Below are positions 1 to 9,892 of a stretch of 64,000 bases of DNA, piece by piece. Both the position numbers and the translations under genes were made by a program. The notes beneath the pieces are model-generated. The model made no database searches. It had not been told where the DNA came from and saw only the letters and a program-made list of their open reading frames with translations. The stretch is from an uncultured Acetatifactor sp. GTDB lineage: Bacteria; Bacillota; Clostridia; Lachnospirales; Lachnospiraceae. The number at the start of each line of letters is the position of its first letter. Position 1 is the first letter of the stretch. Location: assembly GCA_910584375.1 (NCBI GenBank), contig CAJUAH010000008.1, positions 27,031 through 91,030 of the forward strand, read 5' to 3'.

Positions 1-1016
1 AGATCCACCGCCCCGGGCTCGTCAAATATCTCGATATCCGCATCCATGATCTCCAGGAAACGCTCGATTCCCGTCATGCCCCTCTGGAACTGCTCGGCAA
101 ATTCTATGATACGCCGCACCGTGGCGATAAAGGTGGACACATACATTACATAGGCCACCAGGTCGCTGGGGCGAATATCCCCCCGTATCACAAACAGGCC
201 GCCCGCCACGATCGTCACCAGATACATCAGTCCGTCAAACAGCCGGGTAGAGCATTGGAACAGTCCCATATAGCGGTAACTGCGCTTTTTGATCTGGTAG
301 AATTTCCGGTTGTCCTGCTCAAATTTATCGTTTTCCACCTCTTCATTGGCAAAAGCTTTTACCACCTTCTGCCCCAGCAGGCTGTCCTCGATCCGGGCAT
401 TCAGCTCTCCCACCTGCTGCCGCTGCTGGCGAAACAGCGCCCGCAGCCGGAAATTGATCTTGCTGCACACCACCACCATCACCGGGATCACACAGAAGAT
501 AATCAGCGTCAACGGCACATTGATGGTACACAGGATAATAAAGGAGGCTACGCCCTTGATCCCGGCGATAAAAAATTCCTCGGGACAGTGGTGGGCAAAC
601 TCCGTCACGTCGAAAAGGTCGTTGGTGATACGCCCCATGATCTGTCCCACCTTGGTATTGTTGTAGTAGGTGTTGGACAGTTTCTGCAAGTGCCCGTAGG
701 CGTCCCGCCGCATATCCGTCTCGATATCCACCCCCATCACATGTCCGGTGTAAGCCATATAATAGTAGGCCGCGGCGTCTATCAGCCGCAGCACCAGATA
801 TAAAAGCCCCAGCCCGCCCACCGCGCGGACTGTCAGCAGCGCCAGATCCTCCATGGCCTGGTTCGTGATATGCCGAATGATCAACGGCAGCACGATCTCA
901 CAGATCGTTGTCAGCGCCGCGCACAGCAGATCCAGACAGAGCACTTTCACATGGGGTTTATAATAAGGCATAAATCGCCTGAGCAGTACGGATGATTTGT
1001 ATTTTCTCTCTTCCAT
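1..1016 (-). CDS. ABC transporter permease/ATP-binding protein (exporter type), 3' end outside window
   Basis: Hand-translated from ATG at 1016: MEERKYKSSVLLRRFMPYYKPH...GQIMGRITNDLFDVTEFAHH...QRGMTGIERFLEIMD, an ABC transmembrane domain; frame is open to the window edge. Confidence 0.85.
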   Translation of the reverse strand, partial: MEERKYKSSVLLRRFMPYYKPHVKVLCLDLLCAALTTICEIVLPLIIRHITNQAMEDLALLTVRAVGGLGLLYLVLRLIDAAAYYYMAYTGHVMGVDIETDMRRDAYGHLQKLSNTYYNNTKVGQIMGRITNDLFDVTEFAHHCPEEFFIAGIKGVASFIILCTINVPLTLIIFCVIPVMVVVCSKINFRLRALFRQQRQQVGELNARIEDSLLGQKVVKAFANEEVENDKFEQDNRKFYQIKKRSYRYMGLFQCSTRLFDGLMYLVTIVAGGLFVIRGDIRPSDLVAYVMYVSTFIATVRRIIEFAEQFQRGMTGIERFLEIMDADIEIFDEPGAVD

Positions 1017-1038
1017 ATCTTTCCTCTTCTTCGCTCCG

Positions 1039-1674
1039 CTATTTTAACAGCACCGCCAGCTTTTTCTGCATGAACGCGATCACCGGCCCCAGGAAAAAGG
1101 CCACCCCCAGCGTCACGATGCCCACGTCTCCCCCCAGGGCGAAACCCGCAGCCATAAAGGAGATATCCCAGATCATACGGATGGCCTTGAAGGACAGCTT
1201 TTTACACCGGTGGGAAATGATAAAGGGCATGGCGTCATAGGGGGAGGAGCCCAGCCCCGCCGTCATATAGGTGGACGCCCCCAGGATAAACACGATCAGC
1301 ACCGGCGCCAGCAATCCCCAGCGCACCGCTGTGGTCGCAAAGAACTCCTGCGGCAGTATACTGTCCCACACCCAGCCAAAGAAATCCGATATGTATCCCA
1401 GACACACCATATTGCCGACAGTGCCGAATCCGATATAGCTCATGTCAAACCGCAGCACAAAGACAAAAGTCACCAGATGGCACAGTAGCTGGGCCGTACC
1501 AAAGCTGATGGGCACATGGCGGATCACGCCCTGCGTCAGGCAGGAACAGGGATCCGTGCCCAGCGCCAGCCGGATCAGCAGGGACAGGCCAAAGCCCTGC
1601 ACCGTCACTCCGACGGCCATCATCGCCAGCCGTGTCCAGAATTTGGGCGGTCTGGCAAAACAGGTTAATTTCAT
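1039..1674 (-). CDS. YczE/YyaS/YitT-family membrane protein
   Basis: Hydrophobic 211 aa with two internal repeats (LGTDP...GT / LGSSPYD...GIVT). Confidence 0.75.
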   Translation of the reverse strand: MKLTCFARPPKFWTRLAMMAVGVTVQGFGLSLLIRLALGTDPCSCLTQGVIRHVPISFGTAQLLCHLVTFVFVLRFDMSYIGFGTVGNMVCLGYISDFFGWVWDSILPQEFFATTAVRWGLLAPVLIVFILGASTYMTAGLGSSPYDAMPFIISHRCKKLSFKAIRMIWDISFMAAGFALGGDVGIVTLGVAFFLGPVIAFMQKKLAVLLK

Positions 1675-1832
1675 GGCAGATTCTCCTTTGGGTATAAATG
1701 CGTATACCGTTCTTCAAGTGTAGCACTTATGGGGCGGTCTGGCAAGTATTCTCTTGCAATGACGCGCTTTTTGTGTTACAGTTCTGCCATACTTTAAAAA
1801 GAACACCCACAGAACCGGAAAGGGGATATCCT

Positions 1833-2666
1833 ATGACGCCTCTATCAGAAAAAAGACTGTTTTTATTTGACATCGACGGCACCATCGCCGTGGGCAACAC
1901 GCTGTATGACGGCGCGCGCCGCCTGCTGGACTATATTCGCTCCATCGGCGGCAGCGCCTACTATATCACCAACAACTCCACCATGAGCAACAGAGATTAT
2001 GTCAGAAAGTTCCGGGAATGTTTTGGCCTGGAGACCGGCGAGAACCAATTCATAACCTCCGGATATATGACCCTGCGCCATCTGCTGAAACAGCATTCCC
2101 GGGAAAAGATCTATGTGCTGGGCACAGCCTCCTATATCGCCGAACTGCGTGCAAACGGTCTGGATATAACGGAGGAGGCCGAGGAAGATGTAAGCTGCGC
2201 CGTAGTCGCCTATGACAGTGAGCTCACCTACCAAAAACTGGTCACCGCCTGCAAGCTTTTGTCCACGGCGGATATTCCCTTTTACGGCACCAACCCGGAT
2301 CTGCGCTGTCCCATAGACTTCGGCTTTATCCCGGACTGCGGTTCCATCTGCCGGATGATCACCGCCTCCACCGACAAAACTCCCCTCTATCTGGGAAAAC
2401 CCAATCCCGAGGTGGTGGCTCTGTGCCAGACGGACAGCGGTTTTACGGATGAGCAGACTCTGGTGGTGGGAGACAGGCTCTACACGGATATAGCCTGCGG
2501 TCTGAACGCCGGGGTGGACACCTGCGTTGTCTACACGGGGGAGGCTACCCCGGAAGAGGTGACCCGGACCCTGTATAAACCCGCCTATGCCTTTTCCGAC
2601 GCGCAGGCACTGTTAGATGCCTGCACGGCGTCTGTCCATGCCTGCGCGCCGTCTGCCCGGGGATAA
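1833..2666 (+). CDS. HAD-IIA (NagD-like) hydrolase
   Basis: FDIDGT, ITNNS, GKP and GDRLYTDI motifs; start set to ATG 1833 after an AGGGG RBS. Confidence 0.9.
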   Translation: MTPLSEKRLFLFDIDGTIAVGNTLYDGARRLLDYIRSIGGSAYYITNNSTMSNRDYVRKFRECFGLETGENQFITSGYMTLRHLLKQHSREKIYVLGTASYIAELRANGLDITEEAEEDVSCAVVAYDSELTYQKLVTACKLLSTADIPFYGTNPDLRCPIDFGFIPDCGSICRMITASTDKTPLYLGKPNPEVVALCQTDSGFTDEQTLVVGDRLYTDIACGLNAGVDTCVVYTGEATPEEVTRTLYKPAYAFSDAQALLDACTASVHACAPSARG

Positions 2667-2713
2667 AATCCATACCGCCGTCCGGGCGAAACATATCGAT
2701 GCCCTGACCGTTC

Positions 2714-3763
2714 TTACAAGATCCCGCCCAGCACCCGCAGCACATTATCCTGAAATATCTTGTCAAGCTGCCGCTCCGTAAATCCGCCGCGCCTCAGCGC
2801 CTCCCACAGATCTCCCATGGCCTGGGCGCCGGGCAGTTCTTCGTTGGTATCGATGCCGTCAAAGTCCGATCCCAGCCCCAGGCAATCCTCTCCCCCCACT
2901 TTGCATATATGGCGGGCATGGGCCACTATGTCCTCCAGCCTGCCGGGATTATGTTCTCCCTCCGGCACGGTTCGCAGGAAATCCGCGCAGAAGTTGAGTC
3001 CCATGACGCCGCCCCGCTGCGCCAGCGCACGGATCATCCCGTCCGTCAGGTTGCGCACACAGGGGCATACGGCGCGGGCGTTGGAGTGGCTGGCCACAAA
3101 GGGCCGTTGGCTTATCTCCACCACATCCCAAAAACCTCTGTCCGACAGGTGGGACACATCCGCCAGCATTCCCAATTCCTCCATACGGCTCACAAAATCC
3201 CGTCCTGTCTCTGTCAGGCCGCGCTCCGCATCCGCCTGAAACAGCGAGCCGTATCCCCGCCCCGGATCCAGAGCATTGATATTGGGCCACCCCAGTTCGT
3301 TGGGAAAATTCCAGGTCAGCGTCAGCATACGCACCCCCATGTCATACAACTTCTCCAGACGCGCCGGGTTCCCGCCGCAGACGCCTCCCTCCTCCACCGT
3401 GAGCAGTGCGCCCACCTTTCCCGTCTGGCGGCACTGTTCCAGATCACCGGCTTTTTCCACCGGATGCAGCAGATCTGCGCAGTTCTCCATCTCCTGTCGA
3501 TAGACCCGGTACAACTCCTGTACTTCCGCCCAGGCCTTATCCGGCTGCCGCTCCCCCTGCTCCTGTGCGGTCTCTCCCTGTATAGCCCCACATCCCCGCA
3601 GACTCACAAACAGGGCGAAACACTGGAGCAGATAGCCGTTCTCCCGCAGCCGCCGGGCGTCTATATGCAGGGCGTTTTCCCGCAGGCCGCAGGCCTCCCC
3701 CTTTTTTCCGCTCCGGTGGCGAATCTCGCTGACGGTGTCGCAGTGCATATCAATGATCATCAC
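2714..3763 (-). CDS. Membrane dipeptidase (peptidase M19) family protein
   Basis: DMHCD, LTLTWN, DVSHLSD, ASHSN and GSDFDG motifs. Confidence 0.9.
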   Translation of the reverse strand: MMIIDMHCDTVSEIRHRSGKKGEACGLRENALHIDARRLRENGYLLQCFALFVSLRGCGAIQGETAQEQGERQPDKAWAEVQELYRVYRQEMENCADLLHPVEKAGDLEQCRQTGKVGALLTVEEGGVCGGNPARLEKLYDMGVRMLTLTWNFPNELGWPNINALDPGRGYGSLFQADAERGLTETGRDFVSRMEELGMLADVSHLSDRGFWDVVEISQRPFVASHSNARAVCPCVRNLTDGMIRALAQRGGVMGLNFCADFLRTVPEGEHNPGRLEDIVAHARHICKVGGEDCLGLGSDFDGIDTNEELPGAQAMGDLWEALRRGGFTERQLDKIFQDNVLRVLGGIL

Positions 3764-3860
3764 AAGCCTCCTGATTCCAAAGCGGAGGATACCGCTCCGG
3801 CATCCTCCGCCCTGTCATATTATTTATTATATGATATTTACGCTCATACCGTGTCCCGGT

Positions 3861-5261
3861 TTATTTTTCCTTATTCCTCACAGAGAAATCCACGCCGGTC
3901 TCGGCAGGCGTTTCCTCGTCAAACACATAATCCTTGCCCGGAAGGACGGCGTTCATAAAGATACCCACCAGAGCGCCCACCGCCAGACCGGAGAGCTGGA
4001 TCGTCACCCCTCCCACGGTAAAGACCAGCGCTCCGGCGCCGCTGTAGGCGATACCGATGGACAGCACCAGGATCATCGCCGCGATCAGCACATTGCGGGT
4101 CTTGCTGAAATCCACCTTGGTCTCCACGATATTGCGCACACCCACCGCGGAGATCATGCCGTACAGCACCAGAGATACGCCGCCCACCGTGGCAGTGGGC
4201 ATACAACCGATCACAGCCGCAAACTTGGGGCAGAAGGAGAACAGAATGGCGAAACAGGCCGCCAGTCGGATCACCAGGGGATCAAACACTCTGGTCAGGG
4301 ACAGCACGCCGGTATTCTCCCCGTAGGTGGTATTGGCAGGCGCGCCGAACAGGGAGGCCAGCACGGTGGCCAGACCGTCTCCCAGCAGAGTTCTGTGCAG
4401 CCCCGGATCCTTGATATAATTCCTGCCCACGGTGGAGGAGATGGCGGATATATCGCCGATATGTTCCACCATGGTCGCCAGCGCGATGGGCATGATCGTA
4501 ATCATGGATGTGATCAGCATCTCCGCGTCCCCCTTACCCAGCAGGGAGAATACGGTGTCGTTCCAGTGTATGGGGAGCCCCACCCAGGCTGCCTCCCGTA
4601 TAGGGGAAAAATCCACCGGCTGTATGGGAATAAAACTGATTCTTCCTCCCAGGACCGCCGCCAGCAGATAAGAGCCCAGCACACCGATGATGATGGGAAC
4701 GATCTTGACCATTCCCTTCCCCCATATGTTACAGACAATCACCAGCAGGATAGCGGTGAGCGCCACAATCCAGTCGGTGCTGCAGCTGTTGATGGCGGAG
4801 GGGGACAGCGTCAGGCCGATGGCAATGATGATCGGGCCTGTGACAATGGGCGGGAAGAACTTCATCACCCTGCCTGTGCCAAAAAGCTTGATCAGCAGCG
4901 CCAGAACCAGATAGAGCAGCCCCGCGCAGGCCACGCCAAAGCAGGCGTAGGGCAGCAGTTCCTTATTGGGCAGCCCGCCGTCCAGCATGGGCGCTATCGC
5001 CATATAGCCTCCCAGAAATGCAAAGGATGATCCCAGAAAAGCGGGCACCTTCCCCTTGGTCAACAGATGGAACAGCAGCGTGCCCAGCCCCGCGAACAAC
5101 AGTGTGGTGGATACGTCCAGCCCCGTCAGCATGGGCACCAGGATCGTGGATCCGAACATGGCAAACATATGCTGGATGCCCAGAATAGTCACTTTAGGTA
5201 CTCCCAGGCTTTTCGCGTCGTATATATCGCTCCTGCCCAGTGTGTTTGATTTGTCACTCAT
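3861..5261 (-). CDS. Uracil/xanthine permease (NCS2, UraA/PyrP-like)
   Basis: QHMFAMFG, LGSSFAF, EHIGD and NTTYGEN signature. Confidence 0.92.
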   Translation of the reverse strand: MSDKSNTLGRSDIYDAKSLGVPKVTILGIQHMFAMFGSTILVPMLTGLDVSTTLLFAGLGTLLFHLLTKGKVPAFLGSSFAFLGGYMAIAPMLDGGLPNKELLPYACFGVACAGLLYLVLALLIKLFGTGRVMKFFPPIVTGPIIIAIGLTLSPSAINSCSTDWIVALTAILLVIVCNIWGKGMVKIVPIIIGVLGSYLLAAVLGGRISFIPIQPVDFSPIREAAWVGLPIHWNDTVFSLLGKGDAEMLITSMITIMPIALATMVEHIGDISAISSTVGRNYIKDPGLHRTLLGDGLATVLASLFGAPANTTYGENTGVLSLTRVFDPLVIRLAACFAILFSFCPKFAAVIGCMPTATVGGVSLVLYGMISAVGVRNIVETKVDFSKTRNVLIAAMILVLSIGIAYSGAGALVFTVGGVTIQLSGLAVGALVGIFMNAVLPGKDYVFDEETPAETGVDFSVRNKEK

Positions 5262-5313
5262 CTCATTTCCCTCCTATTTCATTTGAGTTCCGCATGTCCC
5301 GCAGATACCCTGC

Positions 5314-5350
5314 AAAAAAGGCTGCCAGGTGAGCACACTCCCTTGCAGCC
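5314..5350 (-). terminator. Intrinsic terminator/attenuator hairpin in the permease leader
   Basis: Minus strand GGCTGC-N19-GCAGCC followed by T6. Confidence 0.7.
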
Positions 5351-5381
5351 CTTAACAGCGTATTCTTATGTGATTCGATTC

Positions 5382-5410
5382 ATTATATCCCAACTGGCCG
5401 TGTCAGTCAA
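5382..5410 (-). promoter_or_regulatory. Sigma-A promoter for the NCS2 permease
   Basis: TTGACT-17 bp-TATAAT. Confidence 0.75.
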
Positions 5411-6392
5411 GCAAAACTGCGTTGTCTCTTAAAAATTCTTCCCACAGGGTAATGTACTTGGCTTTCAGATGTACGCCGTCGAAAGTATAATCGCCAAACA
5501 GCGCGCCGTTTTCATCGCAGAGCGCTGAATTGACGTCAAGATAAAACACCTTCTCGCCGTCCGCCAACTGGCTCAGCGCGTCGTTGCGGGCCTGGATTGC
5601 CTCGTTGTTGATATAATCCCCCTTGTCGGACCGAGCCTGGGAGACTTTCAGGATCGACTGGATATAGATGATCGCGTCCGGCTGTAATTCCTGCAGGCGC
5701 GCCACCACTTCCCCGTAGGCCTGGGCAAAACTCTCCGTCGTGCCGCTGCCCACCTCGTTGATCCCCATCATGATATAGATCTTGCTAAAGCTCTGATGCT
5801 GCAAAGCCTCCTCCACCGAGATGGGATCCGGCTGTTCCGGCAGCTCCACGATCTCCGCTCCGAAAAGCTTGTAGATCGTCATACCCGTGGAGGCGTAAAA
5901 GGTTGCCGTCTCCCCCCAGACGCCGTACTTGTACAGCCCTACCGTGCGGGAATCCCCCAAAAACAGTGCGTCGGAAAAGTAATCATCCTCCACCCTCCCG
6001 ATGCGGATCTCCGGTTCCGGGGTGGCCGTGGGTTCCGGCGTTTCCTCCGGGAGGGGTTCCGGCTCCGGCGTTGCCCCCGGAACCGGCTCTCCGCCCTCCG
6101 GAGAAATGCCCGTCTCCGGAGGCGTCTCGGGAGATATATCTCCAGATATATCTCCAGCTATGTCTCCGGAAGTATCCCCTGAATTGCCTTCCGGATCCTC
6201 TCCCACCTTGGAACTTTCCGCAGCGTCCCCTCCCGCCGTTACCGTATCGTCTGCCGGACTCTCCTCACCGGTCGAGATCATGCCCCGCCAGTCGTTTATC
6301 CATTGTATTCCCTGGGGCGCTCCATAATACACCACGCCCGCCATCGCTAATATGATCAAAAATGACCATCTCTTACACCACTTCAAGGTCAT
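5403..6392 (-). CDS. Membrane-anchored SGNH/GDSL hydrolase (O-acetyltransferase partner)
   Basis: N-terminal TM helix, Pro/Glu-rich linker, GDS, GINE and DGVH motifs. Confidence 0.85.
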   Translation of the reverse strand: MTLKWCKRWSFLIILAMAGVVYYGAPQGIQWINDWRGMISTGEESPADDTVTAGGDAAESSKVGEDPEGNSGDTSGDIAGDISGDISPETPPETGISPEGGEPVPGATPEPEPLPEETPEPTATPEPEIRIGRVEDDYFSDALFLGDSRTVGLYKYGVWGETATFYASTGMTIYKLFGAEIVELPEQPDPISVEEALQHQSFSKIYIMMGINEVGSGTTESFAQAYGEVVARLQELQPDAIIYIQSILKVSQARSDKGDYINNEAIQARNDALSQLADGEKVFYLDVNSALCDENGALFGDYTFDGVHLKAKYITLWEEFLRDNAVLLD

Positions 6393-6410
6393 CCTCCACC
6401 TTTGTCATTC

Positions 6411-7727
6411 TTAAAAATTCCGGTACATAAAGGGATTCTCCCCCACCAGCAGGACCCGGTGTACACAGAACCAGAATCCCGCCGCCAGCAGGAGCATTCC
6501 CAGCCAACGTTTCTCCAGTTTCTGATAGACCCAGCGGGTCAGCGGCGTACTGGCCGCCACACCCGCCGCCAGCAGCAGGCCGTAATCCGCCAGCGCGCTC
6601 TGCCAGTCCCGGGCATGGACGGCCACGCCCTCTCCAATGGCAAACATCCTGCTCAAATAGATGCCAAGCTGCCCCATATCCGTGATGGCGAAACACATCC
6701 AGGTGACAGGAATCACCGCGCACAGGTACAAATGGCAGATTGCGGGCGCTTTTCCTTTCCACAGTCTTCCCATCTGCCTCTCCAGGATAATCAGCAGGCA
6801 GATCCCCATGCCCCATATCAGGAAATTGCCGGTGATCCCGTGCCACAGAGAAGTCAGCAGCCATACCGCCAGCAGATTGCACACCGTCCTGCCCTCTCCC
6901 CGGCGGCTGCCGCCCAGAGGAATGTACACATACTTGCAGAACCAGTCGCCCAGAGACATATGCCATCTGCGGTAAAACTCCCGCACAGACCGGGCCATAT
7001 AGGGCTGGCGGAAATTCTCGGGCAGGCTAAATCCCAGCATACGCCCCAGTCCCACCGACATGACGGAGTAGCCCGCAAAATCGAAATACAGCTGCAATGA
7101 ATAAGCCACCGCCGCAATCCAGGCCAGGGGCGTGGAGATACTCTCAAACCCCGCAACCTGTACCTCCTGCCACAAAAGCGCCAGTTGATCCGCCAGCAAC
7201 ACCTTTCCGCACAGACCCAGAATGAACAGTTTCAAACCCTCCTGCAGACTCTCCGCGTTGCAGTTTCGGCGGCGCAGCTGCCTGCGCAGATCCCGGTAGC
7301 TGGTAATCGGTCCCATGACCAGTTTGGGAAACATCATAATATATGCCGCGAAATCCACAAACTTTCTCTCAACCGGCACTTCCCTGCGGTATACGTCCAC
7401 CAGATAAGACACTGCCTGAAAGGTATAGAAACTGATGCCCATAGGGAGCATCGCCCCACCCTGATAATATTTAAATAAGATCAAAACGCCGATATTCGCC
7501 GCCACTGCGACGATCAGCCCCCTCTTCCTGCGTATCACCCTGGCCGCCAGAAAGTTGCCCACCGCGGATACCGCCAGCACCCCCAGCCCGCGCAGATCCC
7601 CAAACGCATAGAAGATCATGCTGCCGATCACCAGAACGCCGTTTCTCGCTTTATGCGGGACGATCATATATACCAGGATAAAAATCGGGAGGAAGTACAA
7701 CAAGAATTCAATACTGCTGAATACCAA
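6411..7727 (-). CDS. MBOAT family O-acyltransferase (AlgI/PatA-like)
   Basis: PMGISFYTFQ, YFDFAGYS, RRWHMSL and LWHG; probable TTG start at 7727 (MVFSS). Confidence 0.9.
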   Translation of the reverse strand: MVFSSIEFLLYFLPIFILVYMIVPHKARNGVLVIGSMIFYAFGDLRGLGVLAVSAVGNFLAARVIRRKRGLIVAVAANIGVLILFKYYQGGAMLPMGISFYTFQAVSYLVDVYRREVPVERKFVDFAAYIMMFPKLVMGPITSYRDLRRQLRRRNCNAESLQEGLKLFILGLCGKVLLADQLALLWQEVQVAGFESISTPLAWIAAVAYSLQLYFDFAGYSVMSVGLGRMLGFSLPENFRQPYMARSVREFYRRWHMSLGDWFCKYVYIPLGGSRRGEGRTVCNLLAVWLLTSLWHGITGNFLIWGMGICLLIILERQMGRLWKGKAPAICHLYLCAVIPVTWMCFAITDMGQLGIYLSRMFAIGEGVAVHARDWQSALADYGLLLAAGVAASTPLTRWVYQKLEKRWLGMLLLAAGFWFCVHRVLLVGENPFMYRNF

Positions 7728-7917
7728 GACAACCACATCTCTCACGTAATTTTTATAATAAAATTGTAGCCGCAATCTCGCCAAAATACAAGAGAATTAA
7801 TCTTAAATTTTCATTTCTTTTTTTCACAACTTTGTCACAACTTATTAAGAAATATTGCCAATATTTGAAAAATGATTTACACTGTTTGTAAGAAAACCAA
7901 AAGGACGGTGCGAATCT

Positions 7918-8676
7918 ATGAAAGAACAGCTCTATACCATACCGCTGAACGAGGCCATGGAGGCCCGGGACGAATGCCCCTTCTGCTTTATCGAACGGGC
8001 CGTGGAACAGGATGTGATGGATTTCTGTCTGGGCAACAGCAGCTCCTATATGGAGGCGGACATCCGGGAGGCCACGGACAAGGCGGGATTTTGCCGCATG
8101 CATTTTAAAAAGATGTTTGACTACGGCAACACGCTGGGCAACGCCTGGATCCTGAAGACCCATTATCAGAAGACGCTGCGGGAGATGAAACAGCAGTTCG
8201 CCTCCTTTTCCCCCGGGCGGGTGTCCCTGAAGGATAAGCTGAAGGGTAATACCGGCGGCAACGGCATCAGTATGTGGGTGGCGCAGAAAAATGCGTCCTG
8301 CTATATATGCGATCATTTCAAGGATAATTATTCCCGCTATATGGACACATTTTTCCATATGTACAGCAGGGACGAGGATTTTCGGGAAAAAGTGAAAAAC
8401 AGCAAGGGGTTCTGCCTCACGCACTTCGGGGATCTGTGCGCCGCCGCGGACCAGAGGCTCTCCGACAGGGAATTAAAACAGTTTTACGAGGTGGTGCTGC
8501 CCCTGATGGAGCGCAATATGGAGCGCCTGTATGAAGATGTCTCCTGGATGGTGGAAAAATTCGACTATCAGAACAAGGACGCGGACTGGAAAAATTCCAG
8601 AGACGCCATACAGCGGGGCATGCAGAAACTCAAGGGCGGCTACCCTGCCGACCCGCCCCACAAGATGAACAAATAG
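7918..8676 (+). CDS. Conserved hypothetical protein, DUF6062-like
   Basis: Two CxxC...GFCxxH repeats. Confidence 0.65.
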   Translation: MKEQLYTIPLNEAMEARDECPFCFIERAVEQDVMDFCLGNSSSYMEADIREATDKAGFCRMHFKKMFDYGNTLGNAWILKTHYQKTLREMKQQFASFSPGRVSLKDKLKGNTGGNGISMWVAQKNASCYICDHFKDNYSRYMDTFFHMYSRDEDFREKVKNSKGFCLTHFGDLCAAADQRLSDRELKQFYEVVLPLMERNMERLYEDVSWMVEKFDYQNKDADWKNSRDAIQRGMQKLKGGYPADPPHKMNK

Positions 8677-8687
8677 GAGCGCCGGGC

Positions 8688-9290
8688 TCAGCCTTTCACG
8701 ATGCGCTCCAGCATATCTATATATTCCACAGTCTCGGCATACAGCATCTCCGGCTGGAAAGAGGCGTCCAGAAAGTGCTGCTGCATCAGTCCCTGTATCG
8801 TGTAGTGCAGCATCCGCTCCAGTTTGCGCCCGTCCACGCCGGAGGGCAGGAGTTCGTAGTCTATCTGAGCGTAGATCCTGTCGTAGGCCGCCTCCAGGTC
8901 CTCCCGTTTTTTCTCTGTGGCCAGCAGGGCCTCGCTCACGTCCTCCCACATGCAGCGGTTCAAAAACTGCTGCATATAGGGATAGCCTTTCATGGCCTGC
9001 ATGCGTGCCGATTCCATGGCTCTGCACACGGCAAACAGATCCTTTTCGCCGGAGGGCACCCTGGCGCCGAGCTCCAGGATCATATACCTGACACTGTAGT
9101 CATATACAAAAGCATACACCCCCAGTTTGCTGGTAAAATAGTGAAACAGCAGTCCCTTGCTGATTCCGGCCTCACGCACGATCTCGTCCGTGCTGGCATG
9201 GCGGTATCCCTGTCGGGCAAACACTTTGAGGGCGGCATTAATCATCCTGTCCTGTTTTTCTTTTTTCAGATCAAAAAATTTCCCGTTCAT
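8688..9290 (-). CDS. TetR/AcrR family transcriptional regulator
   Basis: AALKVFARQGY...EAGISKGLLFHYF HTH; start set to MNGKFF. Confidence 0.9.
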   Translation of the reverse strand: MNGKFFDLKKEKQDRMINAALKVFARQGYRHASTDEIVREAGISKGLLFHYFTSKLGVYAFVYDYSVRYMILELGARVPSGEKDLFAVCRAMESARMQAMKGYPYMQQFLNRCMWEDVSEALLATEKKREDLEAAYDRIYAQIDYELLPSGVDGRKLERMLHYTIQGLMQQHFLDASFQPEMLYAETVEYIDMLERIVKG

Positions 9291-9455
9291 ATATTTGCTC
9301 TCCGAACACTCAGTATAGCATACCCCATATACGCTTGCAAGAAGTGGCGCTCCTGAGTTTATAAACTTTTTATACATATTCTCTTTTCATTTCCGCAAAA
9401 TAGTATTAAAATATCTATATAGATAACAAGACTCACTTTTGAAAGGAGCAACCCC

Positions 9456-9884
9456 ATGGCTAAAAAATTTGGCAAGTTCTTACTCTTTACCGCCGCCGCG
9501 GGCACTGCGGCCGCCGCAGCCTACTACTATCTGACCCGAAAGAATACCTCTCCTGCCGCCTCTGTCGAGGAGGACGACGATTACGACAATTTCAGCGACG
9601 ATCTGGAGGACGAGGCCGCCGCACCGGCACGCAATTATGTTTCCCTGGCCAAGGAAGCCTCTGAGAAGGCTGTAGAGAAAGCCGGGGCCGTTGCCGGGAC
9701 TGTGGTGCAGAAGGTGGGAGACGCGGTGAACACGATCTCCGAAAAGCTTTCCGGTGCGGAGGAGCATTTCACCACCCTGTCCCAGACTGTCTCCGACGCG
9801 GAAGCGAAAGCGGAGAAGGATGTGGAAGAGTTTTTTGACGAGGAGGAAGCCGCCGAAGAGGACTCCCTGATCGAGGAAGAATGA
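9456..9884 (+). CDS. Hypothetical acidic protein with N-terminal membrane anchor
   Basis: AAAGGAG RBS, Ala-rich hydrophobic N-terminus, D/E-rich body. Confidence 0.65.
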   Translation: MAKKFGKFLLFTAAAGTAAAAAYYYLTRKNTSPAASVEEDDDYDNFSDDLEDEAAAPARNYVSLAKEASEKAVEKAGAVAGTVVQKVGDAVNTISEKLSGAEEHFTTLSQTVSDAEAKAEKDVEEFFDEEEAAEEDSLIEEE

Positions 9885-9892
9885 TACGGTAC

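Noticed and set aside
255..5030. Long antisense or overlapping ORFs (255-803, 2909-3958, 3735-5030 and many similar elsewhere)
   Set aside because: They overlap well-supported genes, lack motifs, and are expected from GC-rich codon bias
5990..6190. Short repeats inside the SGNH gene
   Set aside because: They encode an ordinary low-complexity linker (GDIS, TPEP)
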